Below are positions 45,872 to 58,010 of a stretch of 64,000 nucleotides of DNA, piece by piece (the first letter of the stretch is position 1; each line of letters starts with the position of its first letter). The notes under the pieces are model-generated. The model was not told the DNA's origin and did not search any database. It saw nothing but the letters and a program-made list of their open reading frames with translations. The stretch is from Takakia lepidozioides. Taxonomy: Eukaryota > Plantae > Bryophyta. The stretch lies in NCBI GenBank assembly GCA_030704615.1, contig CM060731.1:76508001-76572000 (forward strand). Reading direction: 5' to 3'. A program made the translations under genes and the position numbers.

Positions 45872-47003
45872 TGTCGCGGCCATTTGCTTTGAGGGGCAGG
45901 GGGTCGGGACACAAAGGATCTGCCCCTGTGGTGGGGGCAGTGGCAACAATAGGTTCGGGGGCTGAAGCACCCTTGAGTGCCCAAGGCACTCAAGGAGGCG
46001 GAGGCGCTCACTAGGTGGAGCCCCGCACACCGGGTTGCGGTGGGGGTGGTTCCACGAGGGGTGGTGGTAGCTTAGTGGGTCTTAGTGGGGTGGCATAGGA
46101 CTCACCATGGGGCGGAGACCTTGTGGTGGGAGTCGTGGGGAGTTTTGGGACTCATCACGGTCCAATGGGGCCGTGGTGGGTGGGCCAAGACTCACCGCGA
46201 CTCATCACCGAGAATTGAGGGTCTTCGTGGTGGTTCGCCATAAAATGACTGGGTTGTTTGTGAAACCTCCGCGGACAGTCACAAAAGGATATATAAGGAG
46301 TAGTAACCCCGAAAACGGTGCAAGCCCGTTGGTGACCAAAAACTAGTGAGTAAGCGTGGGAGCCGGAAAGCGACCAAGATGTGGGGAGCTGTTCCGGACT
46401 GCCAACAACCAAAGGGAATTTCCACTAGGCCCGAGTGAGCGAGGGTCTTGTGGAGGAACAAAAGAGGACCGTTATGTCCCAGTGAGCAGCCGATGCTCCG
46501 AGTTGGCCCGGTGGCCAGTTTTGGGAGTTAGGCGCGCGCATCAAAGTGAGTAACTATGACTTGAAGGGGAGCTTACCAAAGTGAGGTGCGCGACATTTGG
46601 TATCAGAGCTTAGAGTTCAGTACGCGATCGTCCTTGAGATCGGCCTCATCTTGGGGTCGGGCAAGACAAAGCGAAAGCGGAACGACCCGAAAGATGATGA
46701 TCCTTGTGAGCCCGGTGGGGGCGACGTATCACTGAAGCGGCAATTGGAAGAGACGATTCATGCTTCTGAGAGCGAGGTTGCTCAAGAACGGGAGGAATTT
46801 TGGGAGTCGGAGCCCGATGACCTCTCGGAGGCTCCGCTAGACCAACATATGTCTCTCATGCCAGCAATTTTTTGGGAAGGGTTGTTGGCGCAGTTTAGCG
46901 GAACGTTGAAAGACGTGTTGAGGGCGGCTAATGTCACTTCCACTAAGGCAAAGTTTAAAGTGAAGCCTAAGGAATCCGACACCTTCGAGGGCGTCCGGAA
47001 GAA
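45872..47003 (+). mobile_element. 5' LTR (45872-46595), tRNA-Met PBS (46596-46609) and N-terminal gag of a gypsy element, inverted relative to its body
   Basis: TGTCGCG...CGCGACA followed by TTTGGTATCAGAGC; the ORF ends KVKPKESDTFEGVRK, which normally precedes the WL.ELEQYF gag motif found on the opposite strand at 45815. Confidence 0.88.
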
Positions 47004-47690
47004 GTGAAGCACAAGATACAGATCACCAGTAAGAAATCTGGTAGGCTACTTGCTACACGGAGACCTCGTGGAGTCAGAGAGTATGACTGGAGGGGAGGGC
47101 TTGATAAGGAGCATGAAGCTACTCTGTTTGCTGCACACCCAGAGTGGGAGCACGTTGCAAAAATGCAACTGGGAGGCCTGAGTTGCTTTAAAGGTATATG
47201 TTGTGGTGCAGTAACAGCAACACCAATTGAGGGGGAAACAAGCAGTTACCCACCACATTTCTATGAAGAAAGAGAGGGAGAAATAGAAATCCTAGAGAGA
47301 CCAACCACTGTGAGTTTACAAGATGAAGTAGTGGCTGGATGGACAATCACAGCTGAAAAGCAGGTGAGAGAAGTAAATGTGGGAACTGAGAAGGAACCAA
47401 GAATGGTGAAAGTTGGGGTTGACTTGGAGCCAGAATTCTTTGAGGAAGCTAAGAGCTTGTTTATCAAATACATAGATATATTTGCTTGGAGCTATGAAGA
47501 TCTGAAAGGGATACCACCTGAGATCTGCCAGCATAAGATTGAACTGGAACCAAGGTCAGTACCAATCAAACAGGCAAAATACAGGATGAATCCCAACTAT
47601 GCATAGAAGGATGGTGAAGAGATTAAAAAGTTGGCTGAGGCTAAGTTCATATACCCAATTGAGTATACAACTTGGCTATCACCCTCTTGT
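47004..47690 (+). mobile_element. Fragment of a different gypsy (Tat/Ogre-like) pol, upstream of RT
   Basis: EVNVGTEKEPRMVKVG, DIFAWSYEDLKGIPPEICQHKIEL, YRMNPNYA and KFIYPIEYTTWLSP. Confidence 0.8.
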
Positions 47691-50600
47691 GATTTACAGA
47701 GAGCTTCCCATTGGTGTGTTCGATTATGTGCTAGTATCATATAATGTACCATCTTATATATGATCAAACTGCATAAACCCCAATGCTATGCATTGGTCTC
47801 ATATTGCAGTAGGACGTTATCTTCTAATTGAGACTCCATATGTATTATCTAGTGCTTTCAAATAACTACCTACAAACCTAAACCCTTAAAACTCTTAATT
47901 TGATCACAAACATACACCATCACCATATCCATCTATGCCAAATGGTCCCTCATGCCTCAACACAAAAAATAAACCTAGCCACTACATTTCTTTTGGCACA
48001 ATATTAATACACACATGATTAACAAAATTCCTATGCATAACAAAATAGACCCTTGTGATCCAAAATTGTTTTTTGGAAAGGTTGAGAAGACAAGTATGAC
48101 ACTAACATCATGATAGATTCACAAGACATGTGTGGCACTCACATAGAAATTGTGGAGTCACATGCACATCAAAGATCTCACTATGGCGGCAACTCTCCAA
48201 CAACCCGTATTTGCAGTCACATTCACAAAGCACCTCCTTAATTGTGGCCTCTCTCCACTCTCCACTCAGTGTTTTTTTTAAGAAATTTGGAAAATAGCAC
48301 GAGTGGCTACGAGTTTTGCAGGAAATAGCCATTTATTCTGTTCATCCACTGTAATTCATCCACCTATGTGCCATCATCCATATATATCATCCATATTTGG
48401 CAAATTCATCCATAATTTATTTTTTATTTGGAGAAATTTGGCGATTTCATCCATGAAAAAACAGTGGATTGCGACAGAATATTTTATTTTATTTTTTGAT
48501 GTCGAAATCTGGCGATTATTCGCCACTAAAAGAATGGCTGTCTCCACTTTCCACTCTCGTCTTGTAGCCCACACTTCATCATGCCCGTGGAGCTTCTCCT
48601 GAGCTATCAACAATTCTCTATTCTTGACACCATCGAGTTCCCTAGCGGCCCCCCAAACCCTAACAGGCGGCGGGCTGGGTTCTCATTTCCACGCCCCCTA
48701 CCAGAGCTCTTATGTTTGGGTATCATGTTAATATGCACATATAGACATTATGGATTATTCAAATGGCCATTTCAATATTGAATTTGAATTTGAATACTAG
48801 TACCATTTTTATTTAAATTTTTTTAATACCATATCCAAGTTCATATTTCTAGGTTATTGACATTCAGATACCATTCCTCATATCCGGATTGATTTTTTTC
48901 TTAAACCACTCTATGCCTACCAGATTCATACTTGAAAAAATCAGGGGCTGCATTATTGGAAAACCTACCTGCCTTAAGAAAATTCAGCACTGCATACCAG
49001 GACCCTTATGGTATTTCCAATTCAAGATACCATACCAACACTCCTATGAAACTAGTTTGACTCCAGTTTTGGTGAAGAAACTAGTTTGATACTATGTATT
49101 TTCCCTTTGGATTAGTTTAATCCCCAGTTTTGTAACTCAAAACTGGGCAGGGCCTATTTTTGTAAAACTCTGGTACTCTGACACTCACACAAACTCTTTA
49201 TGGATACCTTTAATGTTTGTCTGAATTTGGCGTCTTGTGTGAGATTCCAAGACTACATGGCAGCAGGAGAGGAGAATGAGGAGCGATGATGCAAAGCTTA
49301 ATGAAGGGACTGGAAGCTGTCAGATCTGTGGCTACATGCAAAAAGGACGAGATGACGACTGTTCTTTTGCCTTCCGATATATAACAGATCCCAATCATGA
49401 AATACACTTGGTACAAGGCATCTAGCATGCTGTCTCAACTAGGCTGTCTATTTCCATGGGCCCACTTAGCTATTCATGCCCCTTGAAAGTGGCGATTGCA
49501 TGGGGGCCTCGCTCAGTTTTTGAACAATTGTGGGTACATATTAGGGAGAGAACAATTTCTTGCATGGCACTGTGGTTCTCTGAGGCACATCCACTTGGTA
49601 GGTACACATTCTTAGCATGTTTTGCGCGCAAATCAAAGTTGCTCACTGGTCCCGTTATCGAACTGAGATGATCTTGAGAGATTCGGGCAGCTATCATTTG
49701 CGACTCTTTTGTCCCACATGAGCGTCGGAACTAGGTTAGGTTGTGGGTTGAGAGATACCACTTTACACTTTATACTTTATACACACATTTTGAGATTCAA
49801 ACTAGAGTTTTGAGAACTCAAAAATGGCGTCTCAGTTGGATCGTCCACTGGTTTGCTGAATCATTGTAAATATCTTTCACTTACAAGCTGTTTAGATGCT
49901 ATGGGGTTGAGCAAACTGCATTAGACGTATGTACTAGATATGCATTGGACATATACTGGAAATGTGGTTCTTAGTACTTATAGGTAAGATTGTTGAATAG
50001 AGATAGAGAAGATGCAGCCGGCTCGTTCTCCCTTTGTGGGGTGGGCCCTATACTTTTGGATAATCCCTTGTTTTTGCATTCTTGAAGAGATAGGTGCAGG
50101 TGGTAGGTGTAGAGTCTGGTGGACACCAACTCAACTGCAAGTTCTTTTCGACCGCCAACAGATCTGACACTAGGTACTGGTAGAAGGGGCGCGCATGATG
50201 ATCCCTATTAAGTCAGGCGACTGCTCAGGATGGGGCCCATACATGAGGTACTACGCTCCAATTTGCGATACCATGTCTTTCCAGCTGCTGATTTGACAAT
50301 TAACTGCAACTGATTTTGATTTAACTCTCGATCTCTTGAAACCATTGTTATGTAAAGCTGTTGATGTTGCTGTCGAAGAAGCCACGTGAGGGAGCCCATC
50401 GTGCATATATATCTAGCACCGAATCGGCAAGCAGTGGGTGACCTGGGAAAACCATTGGAGATGTACTGGTTATTGGCCATGTCTACTAATTTGCTGCGGC
50501 TGCCAACGATTCCTAGCTCCCTGCATGGGTCGAACTCTCAGATGCTGAGTTACCCTTCAACTTGACGGAACTGTTGGAACTGCCCACATATACCGTCTAA

Positions 50601-51180
50601 ACGGAAATTTGATGAGAGTTCATGATGCACTGGAATGACATTCTTACGGTGAGATTTGAGTTATGTTTGCGGATCAGTTGCCTTCTAATAATCAGACTGG
50701 AACCGACATGGCTTTTGTCGACCTCGACAATAAAGCTAGTCATTCTGTCCCAGCTGGGCCGTGCAAGGCCACATGAGGAAGCGTTGTCTTTCGAGCATTC
50801 CCCTAGCGCATCAGAGTCTTGTAGGAGATCTGAGGCATTATCATACCGCGGAACAGGCCCCACACCCGCCATTATTTGCAGGCAGAAAGTCCGGGCCCTG
50901 ACGGGTTTGTGCCTTCAAGGCACCCAGGGCTTACCAACAGCGTACGCGTATTTCAACCCGTGATGATTCTATGGACAAAACGCATTGTTTTCTGCAAAGG
51001 CAATGATAAAAAAGTGCCTGTCACACTGATGTGTTAAAAATGATGAAAGTGGGGGAAGGCAAACGGAAGGTACAAATTAATAGTAATTACTAGTAATCTT
51101 CCTAACTAAGTCCACGGGGCTCCCAAGTCACTGCCAGCTGCCCTTCTTTTTTCCAAACCCTAAACCTATCCCACTTTTCT

Positions 51181-51316
51181 GTATGTAGCCTAGTGGTAAT
51201 GGGCACATACCACCTCGGAAGTGGTTGTGGGTTCAATCCACCCTTGGTGTCACAAAGGTGTCCACCTTCCTAGCGGAAGGCAGTAACCCTTGGGGGGTGA
51301 AAAGACACCATAATTT
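51181..51316 (+). mobile_element. tRNA-derived SINE-like element, family A, copy 2
   Basis: A-box TAGCCTAGTGG and B-box GGTTCAATCC; homologous to 4793-4933. Confidence 0.65.
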
Positions 51317-51486
51317 ACGCTTCCTTGGGGAGACATCAAATATTAAATATTAAATTATTATCACCGTGGGTAAGCTGGCTTCGAGGGTGGGACGAACAAG
51401 GGAAGACCCATGTAATCAACTTTCGTATCTATTTCGGTCCCAAAGGTTATAAACACAAGATGACATCCAAGTTGAGAGGTACAAGC

Positions 51487-51989
51487 CAGTGTTGGACTGG
51501 TATCAAGTTTTTTACATACCAGTCTGGTCCTTGGTACCAGGCGTATCACAAAGTTTTCATACCAGTCTGGTCTATATAATGGTGGATGTACTTTTTCCAG
51601 ATACTGGTATGAGTATGAGTATCATGACCACAATACCAGCTGGTATGAGGTATCAACTCTGGTATCATCCTTTATGTGTATTTTATTTAGTTTCACTTGA
51701 TATTTTCTATTTGATAACTTGTAATTCAAAGATGGCTTTAGAAGTAAATATACATAAATACAAATGTATAGCCAAATGTACACATAAATTAATATGGTAC
51801 ACATACCAGAGTAAATGAGGTAGACTGCGGGGGAGTACTGGTATTGTGGCTGGTATGAAAAAACTGATACCAGCCTGGTCTGGTACATGACCAAGTATAC
51901 TCCATATACCAGACTGGTCTGGTATCTAATTCCAGTGCATATACAAGTACTTTATACCAGTCCTTCACCTATATACCAGTCCAACACTG
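51487..51989. mobile_element. hAT-superfamily MITE (503 bp)
   Basis: Perfect 17-bp TIR CAGTGTTGGACTGGTAT / ATACCAGTCCAACACTG and 8-bp TSD GTACAAGC (51479-51486, 51990-51997). Confidence 0.93.
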
Positions 51990-53099
51990 GTACAAGCTTA
52001 AGTTAGGGCTGTCTTTGAAGGTGATAATTTGTTGATAGGTAATGGATTATGAGGGGCAATTTTCCTCATTTTCAAAATAAATACATTACGCCTCCCAAAG
52101 AAAGCGTTTACTATGGTGTCTTCATCACTATGGTGTCTTCATCCACGCAGTTACTTGCTGCAAGGTGGACACTTTAAACCCTAGATTACTAGGTTATGTA
52201 CACGCTAGGCACAATCTCCAAACTCGGATATATGCTCTAGTGCTCCCCAGTCTCACACCAAGTTTTCAAGTTCCCAAATATAGTTTTGCAACTATAGCTA
52301 CCCAATTTGTGAGAGGGGTTTCTCAAAACAAAATGCTATCAAAAAACCATTTTCAATCTTGCTTGAAGTTGGATGCTTTGATGCAAATGTCATTATCTGG
52401 GATGAGAGCTTCGGTCGAAATGTGCAACAACACAAGAGAAACCGAAGGGTTCTTACTTTGGACTAATTGTCCGAATTTTAAACTTATTTCTATGATATGG
52501 TTGCGTGAAAGGTAAAAGCATGAAAACATAAAGGTGAGAGCATTTTCTCAAAGTTGTCTATCACAATGAAAGTTAAAATGAATGAATGCGATCCACCTTC
52601 TTCCCCAACAACATGGTGGCACCAATGGCTTCATGCTACCAGCCAGTTCCACTTTCTGTCACTCTAAAATACACCAGAATTAAAAAGCAGCTCTTTGTGG
52701 TGGGTACACTAGGGCACTGGAAAGAGAAGGAACCGGGGCAAATGTTTAGCTAGTACTAGTACTTGGCCTGTTCCTTCATCCTCTTCTAATTCGCCAGAAT
52801 CAGCAAGCAAAATCCACTATGGTGCATGATGCTACAATACTAAATATGGATGTTTGCAGTACTTGGGCCATCATGCATGGGTTGAGTTGGCATCCATACA
52901 ACAATTTGCTCACAGAACAGTCATGGACTTGTTGTGGTAGTGCACCCAAAGGTTATTAATGGGACGGAGAGGTGTGTCCCAGGAACTGTGTTGATTGGCC
53001 CAAGATCAATAGCCACCAGACAATCTTCTCAGCTCAGTATGTAATTCCTCAATTTTGTGGATTATAATTGTCACAGGAAATGAAGGTCAGCATCCCACT

Positions 53100-54400
53100 G
53101 CCGATCTCAATCCAGCCTCGACCTGGCTCCTTTCTGGCCTCATCGTCGATCTCACCTTTGCAGTATCATTCCACCTGCCAGCTGCAGCATCGACATTTGG
53201 ACACTACATGTTCCAGCCTCCTGTACATCCTACTTGAGAATAGACGTTCTGCCACCTCCACATTGCCATGAATTCCGCAGGCAAGGCTTCCACACAGAAG
53301 CACTGGGTTTCATTGGCATTTTCTTAACAAAGTTCTCTGCCTCCTTCAATCGCCCCACATGGCCAAGAAGGTTCACCACGCAGCTGAAGTCATCCACTGT
53401 AGAAGTGAGGCCATCATCTTGACTTAGGGAATCGAAGCGCTCCCATGGCTACATGCAGAGAGAACCCATGATACAAGCCTCCCTTTTGCAATCCTTCAAA
53501 CAGCTGACAGGCCACCATGCTGGGCAAATCCTGCAATCATCCCATTCATCTCATTCAGCCATTTCGTTAAACACTCCTTTGCATCCTAGATGCTACCGCA
53601 CTTGGCCATGAGTAAGAAGATGAGATGTGACAATTCCAGCTTTCAGAATATCACCCTGGACCCTCTGGGTTGCCAGGTTTGCACACACCCTTACAATGCA
53701 AACTAAAGTGAATCAGAGGTGCTTCAGCCTTTCCTGCATCATTTTCTCAAAAGTCTCCATCCTGCACCCATGCTGGGAAATATCCTGCAATCATTGCATT
53801 CCAGGACAACACATCTTGTTCAGTCATTGTCAAACACTCCCCATACTCCCGCATTGGCATACATATTCACAAGGGTATTGTTCAGAAACATATGGGGTAC
53901 AACAGCAGCCTCGTGATGTCACCATGGACCTCCTTGCGCTGCCAGACCGGAACAAGCCTTGAGAACACAAACAAACAAGACCTGGTATGGCTTCACCCCT
54001 TTCTGCACCATTTGCTCATAGGTCTCCACAGCCACAATCCCACACCCACCTGGGTGTATCCTGCGATCATCGTACCACATCAACTTCAGCCATATAACAC
54101 TACCTTTGAATCCTTGACGCTACCGCATTTGGCATACATATCCAAGAGGAAGTTTTGAGAATCATATTTGGTACAATTCCACCTATCATGATGTCACCAT
54201 CAACTCTTTGCCCTTTTTGAGCCCTGCCAGGCTCGCACACATGTTGGGAATCGCCCCTTCCTATACCATCTCATCATAGGTCTCCAAGGCTTATTTACCA
54301 CACCCATGCTTGGTATATCTTGCAATCATTTTAGTCCACGAAAAGATATTTCACTGGGTGTGCATCCAATAAACATTGACCTACATGTTGAGCACTTATG
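53100..54400 (-). pseudogene. Degenerate PLS-E PPR gene directly downstream of the intact PPR-DYW gene
   Basis: Remnants ENTLVNMYA, DVVLECNDCRIFPAW (frameshifted VVSWNAMIAGY), FSCVVNLLGHVGRLKEAENFVKKMPMKPSASVW and SNVDAAAGRWNDTAKVR, with many frameshifts. Confidence 0.82.
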
Positions 54401-54839
54401 CAAGAGTCTTGCCATCCATGCTCCACTGTTGAGCTTTGTGCCAGAAACTACACGAGCATCAAAGGTTTCTTTGTGAAGGAGTGCTACTTTAGCTTTCAGC
54501 AACATCCATGCGAGTCAGTCTGGGCTCCAGCTGATCCAAGACGATGAGGAATGTGGAAACATGTCACAAAATCAAAGATACTGAATCTGTACAAGTAAGC
54601 AGTCTAGACCCTTCTTCAGGTTTAGCTGCAACCTGTCGACATGGGCTTTTGGCTGGCCAAGCAGCAAAAGTTCTGCTGGATTTGGCATCCAGAAGAATTC
54701 TTTTCTTTCTATGTCAAGGTCTTTGTCACATCCGATCTCACAATTCGCTTGTTTGAGCTTGACACTTTGCTCACAAAATCACAGAAGATAAACTTGCTGC
54801 CCAGAAGCAGCGCACTTTCTTTCAGGCATGCTTCTTGTT

Positions 54840-57800
54840 TCACCAGTAATCCCCACAGGAACACATCCCATCTTTGAAGTGGTGAAAGCGGTTGGCGTCC
54901 CGTAGTATAACTGCCCGCTTTGCAATCTTTGAGATGAACTTGGTAGCGGTGTGACAGTCACCACACACTCGAAGGTTCTTGATGACGCGGATCAGTGTCC
55001 CAGGGGGCGTGCTGATAAGCCCGAAAGCAATGGCCAGCTTCTCACTGTGGTGGTTTAGTGAGAGTTCCTTTTGCTCCTCCTCCACATCATGCAATACAAA
55101 GCCTGTATCAGGCACATACCCGGCTTCCTTCATCTGCCCAGTCAATCTCTTGAGCTCAGCATGGATTTCCTCAATTTGTGGATGCAACTTGTCGTCAACT
55201 ACGAAAAAATGCACGGAGTGGTTCACCTCGATGCAGCTACGCCCTGGCACCTTTCTGACACCTCTCTCCACCATCAGATTTCTTATCTTTCTTGTATCCT
55301 CCCACCTGCCAGCTGCAGCATATATGTTTGATAACAACACATAAGTTGCAGGGTGCTGTGGAGCCAATTTGAGAAGGCACTTTGCTGCATGTTGTGCTAG
55401 CTCCACATCACCATGGGTTCTGCAGGCACTAAGCAAGGCCCCCCACACAGAAGCGTCTGCTTCCATTGGCATTTTATTAATTAAATCTTCTGCGTCATCT
55501 AACCAGCCTGCACGGCCAAGAAGGTCCACCATGCAGCCAAAATGCTCCATTGTAGGGGTGAGGCCATAAGCTTGACTCATGGATTTAAAGTAGTGATGGC
55601 CTTCATCCACTAGGCCTGCATGGCTGCATGCAGCGAGAAGAGATACGAAGGTAATACCATCTGGTTTCAAGCCTTGTTGTTGCATTTGTTCAAACAGTTG
55701 CACAGCCTCCCTACCACGCCCATTCTGACCATATCCGTTGATGATAGCATTCCATGAGACCACATCTTGTTCAGCCATCTTATCAAAGACCTGTCGTGCA
55801 GCCTCCACACTCGCACATTTGGCATACATATTGACAAGGGTATTCTCCAAATTGATATATGATCCAATCCCAGCTTTGATGATGTCAGCATGGACCTCTT
55901 TCACCTTTTCCAGGTCTCCAAGGCTGGCACACCCATTGAGAATACAAATGAAGGAGACACTATCGGGTGTCACCCCTTCCTGCTGCATTTGCTCATAGAT
56001 CTCAAAAGCCTCCCTAGGACACTCTTGCTGAGCATATCCTGCAATCATTGCACTCCAGGAGACCACATTTCGTTCAGCCATGTTGTCAAATATTTCACGA
56101 GCATCCTTTATGCTCCCACACCTGGCATACATGTCAACAAGGGCAGTCTCCAGAACAATGTCTGATGCAATTCCAGCTTGGATGATGTCAGCATGGATCA
56201 TTTTGCCCTTTTCCAGGGATCCTAGGCTGGCACATGCATTGAGCACGCTAACGAAAGTGATTTTGTCAAGCATCACCCCTTCCTGTTGCATTTGCTTGTA
56301 AATCTCAAGAGCATCCCTACCACACCCATGTTGAGCATATGCTCTGATCATCACACTCCACGAGACCACGTCCCGTTCCACCATATTGTCAAATACTTCA
56401 CGTGCATCCTTTACACTCCCACATTTGGTGTACATGTTAACAAGGGTATTCTCCAAAGTAATAAAGGGGCCAATTTCAGCTTTCCTGATGTCAGCATGGA
56501 CCTCTTTGCCCCTTTCCAGGCCTCCAAGGTTGGCACACACATTGAGAATGCAAATGAACGTCACCTTGTTGGGTGCCATCCCTTGCCATTGCATTTGCTC
56601 ATAGATTTCCAAAGCCTCCCGAAAGTGCCCATGCTGAGCATATCCTGTGATGATCACATTCCATGAGACCACATTGCGTTCAGCCATATTGTCAAATACT
56701 TTATGCGCATCATTCATGCCGCCACATTTGGCATACATGTCAGTAAGGGCAGTCTCCAGAATTACATCCGGTCCAATTCCGGCTTTGATGATGTCAGTGT
56801 GGATCTCTTTGCCCCTTCCCAGGTATTCAGGACTTGAACAAGCGCTAAGAACACAAATGAATGTGACTCTATCAGGAGTCACACCTTCCTTATGCATTTG
56901 CTCATAGATCTCCAATGCCTCCCTGCCACAGCTGTACTGAGCATACCCTGCGATCATTACACTCCATGAGACCACATCCCTGTCAGCCATGTTGTCAAAA
57001 ACATGACGTGCATCCTTTAAGCTTCCGCATTTGGCATACATGTTGACAAGAGTATTCTCCAAATTAATATATGATGTGATGCCAGCTTTCATGATGTCAG
57101 CGTGGACCTTTTTACCTTTGTCCAGGGCCCTCAGGCTGGCACAGGCATTGAGGATGCAAATGAACGTCACCCGGTTGGGCATCATCCCTTCCCTCTGCAT
57201 TTGTTCATAGATGTCAAAAGCTTCCGTACCACATCCATGCTGAGCATATCTTGCAATCATTGCACTCCATGAGACCACATCTTGTTTAACCATCTTGTTG
57301 GACACTTGACATGCATCCTTCATGCTTCCGCATTTCGCATACATGTCAGCAAGTGCAGTCTCCAGAATGAGATCTGGCCCAATTCCAGCTTTGCTTATGT
57401 CAGCATGCACTTCCTTACCCCTTTTCAGGTCTCTTGAGCTAGCGCACGCCCTGAGAACACAAATGAACGTGACCCTATTGGGCATCACTCCTTCCTGTTG
57501 CATTTGCCGATAGATCTTAAAAGCATCCTCATGATACCCATGCTTGGCATATCCTGCTATCATTGTATTCCACGTGACTATATCTCGTTCAGGCATTCTG
57601 TCAAATACTTGGCGTGCATCCACCACACTCCCGCACTTGACATACATATTTACAAGGGTGTTGAATAGAAAAATGTTCAGCTCGAATCCCCTTTTGATCA
57701 TGTTGGCATGCACCTGCTTACCCTCTGCTAGGCATTTCATGTTGGTACACTTGTGCAAGACACAGACATACGTATTACAGTCTGCCTGAATACCTGGTTG

Positions 57801-58010
57801 GTCCAAAATGTGCAGTGCCTCTTTCAGTCGTCCTGCCTTACACAGTGTCCTCACTTCCCCAGAAGTGACATAAGTATTTTTGTTTATTCCTTCTCTCGAT
57901 CCACTTCTAAAAGCAGAGTCGAGGGAGGAGGTCTGGAGTCCATCAAACAAGTGTGCCTGACTCAGCCCTCCTATTCTGCATGATTCAGAACTCTCAGTTG
58001 AAACCTTCTG
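54840..58010 (-). CDS. PLS-class PPR protein with E1-E2-DYW deaminase domain (organellar C-to-U RNA editing factor); main exon, with the N-terminal exon(s) unresolved
   Basis: 23 regular L-S-P motifs ending P2-L2-S2, then E1/E2, PG box VPGRSCIEV, HSEKLA, CGDC and terminal CSCGDYW; the frame stays open upstream of the listed ORF to a tttgacAG acceptor at 58011-58012. Confidence 0.95.
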   Translation of the reverse strand, partial: QKVSTESSESCRIGGLSQAHLFDGLQTSSLDSAFRSGSREGINKNTYVTSGEVRTLCKAGRLKEALHILDQPGIQADCNTYVCVLHKCTNMKCLAEGKQVHANMIKRGFELNIFLFNTLVNMYVKCGSVVDARQVFDRMPERDIVTWNTMIAGYAKHGYHEDAFKIYRQMQQEGVMPNRVTFICVLRACASSRDLKRGKEVHADISKAGIGPDLILETALADMYAKCGSMKDACQVSNKMVKQDVVSWSAMIARYAQHGCGTEAFDIYEQMQREGMMPNRVTFICILNACASLRALDKGKKVHADIMKAGITSYINLENTLVNMYAKCGSLKDARHVFDNMADRDVVSWSVMIAGYAQYSCGREALEIYEQMHKEGVTPDRVTFICVLSACSSPEYLGRGKEIHTDIIKAGIGPDVILETALTDMYAKCGGMNDAHKVFDNMAERNVVSWNVIITGYAQHGHFREALEIYEQMQWQGMAPNKVTFICILNVCANLGGLERGKEVHADIRKAEIGPFITLENTLVNMYTKCGSVKDAREVFDNMVERDVVSWSVMIRAYAQHGCGRDALEIYKQMQQEGVMLDKITFVSVLNACASLGSLEKGKMIHADIIQAGIASDIVLETALVDMYARCGSIKDAREIFDNMAERNVVSWSAMIAGYAQQECPREAFEIYEQMQQEGVTPDSVSFICILNGCASLGDLEKVKEVHADIIKAGIGSYINLENTLVNMYAKCASVEAARQVFDKMAEQDVVSWNAIINGYGQNGRGREAVQLFEQMQQQGLKPDGITFVSLLAACSHAGLVDEGHHYFKSMSQAYGLTPTMEHFGCMVDLLGRAGWLDDAEDLINKMPMEADASVWGALLSACRTHGDVELAQHAAKCLLKLAPQHPATYVLLSNIYAAAGRWEDTRKIRNLMVERGVRKVPGRSCIEVNHSVHFFVVDDKLHPQIEEIHAELKRLTGQMKEAGYVPDTGFVLHDVEEEQKELSLNHHSEKLAIAFGLISTPPGTLIRVIKNLRVCGDCHTATKFISKIAKRAVILRDANRFHHFKDGMCSCGDYW

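Noticed and set aside
47700-49200. Possible Mutator transposase relic (CDCKYGLLES...) and telomere-like aaaccctaa motifs
   Set aside because: Similarity is too weak to support by eye, I found no TIR/TSD pair, and the telomere motifs are isolated single units
51181-51250. Functional tRNA gene (also at 4793 and 39822)
   Set aside because: A and B boxes are present, but there is no canonical cloverleaf or anticodon arm, and a shared non-tRNA 3' body indicates a SINE
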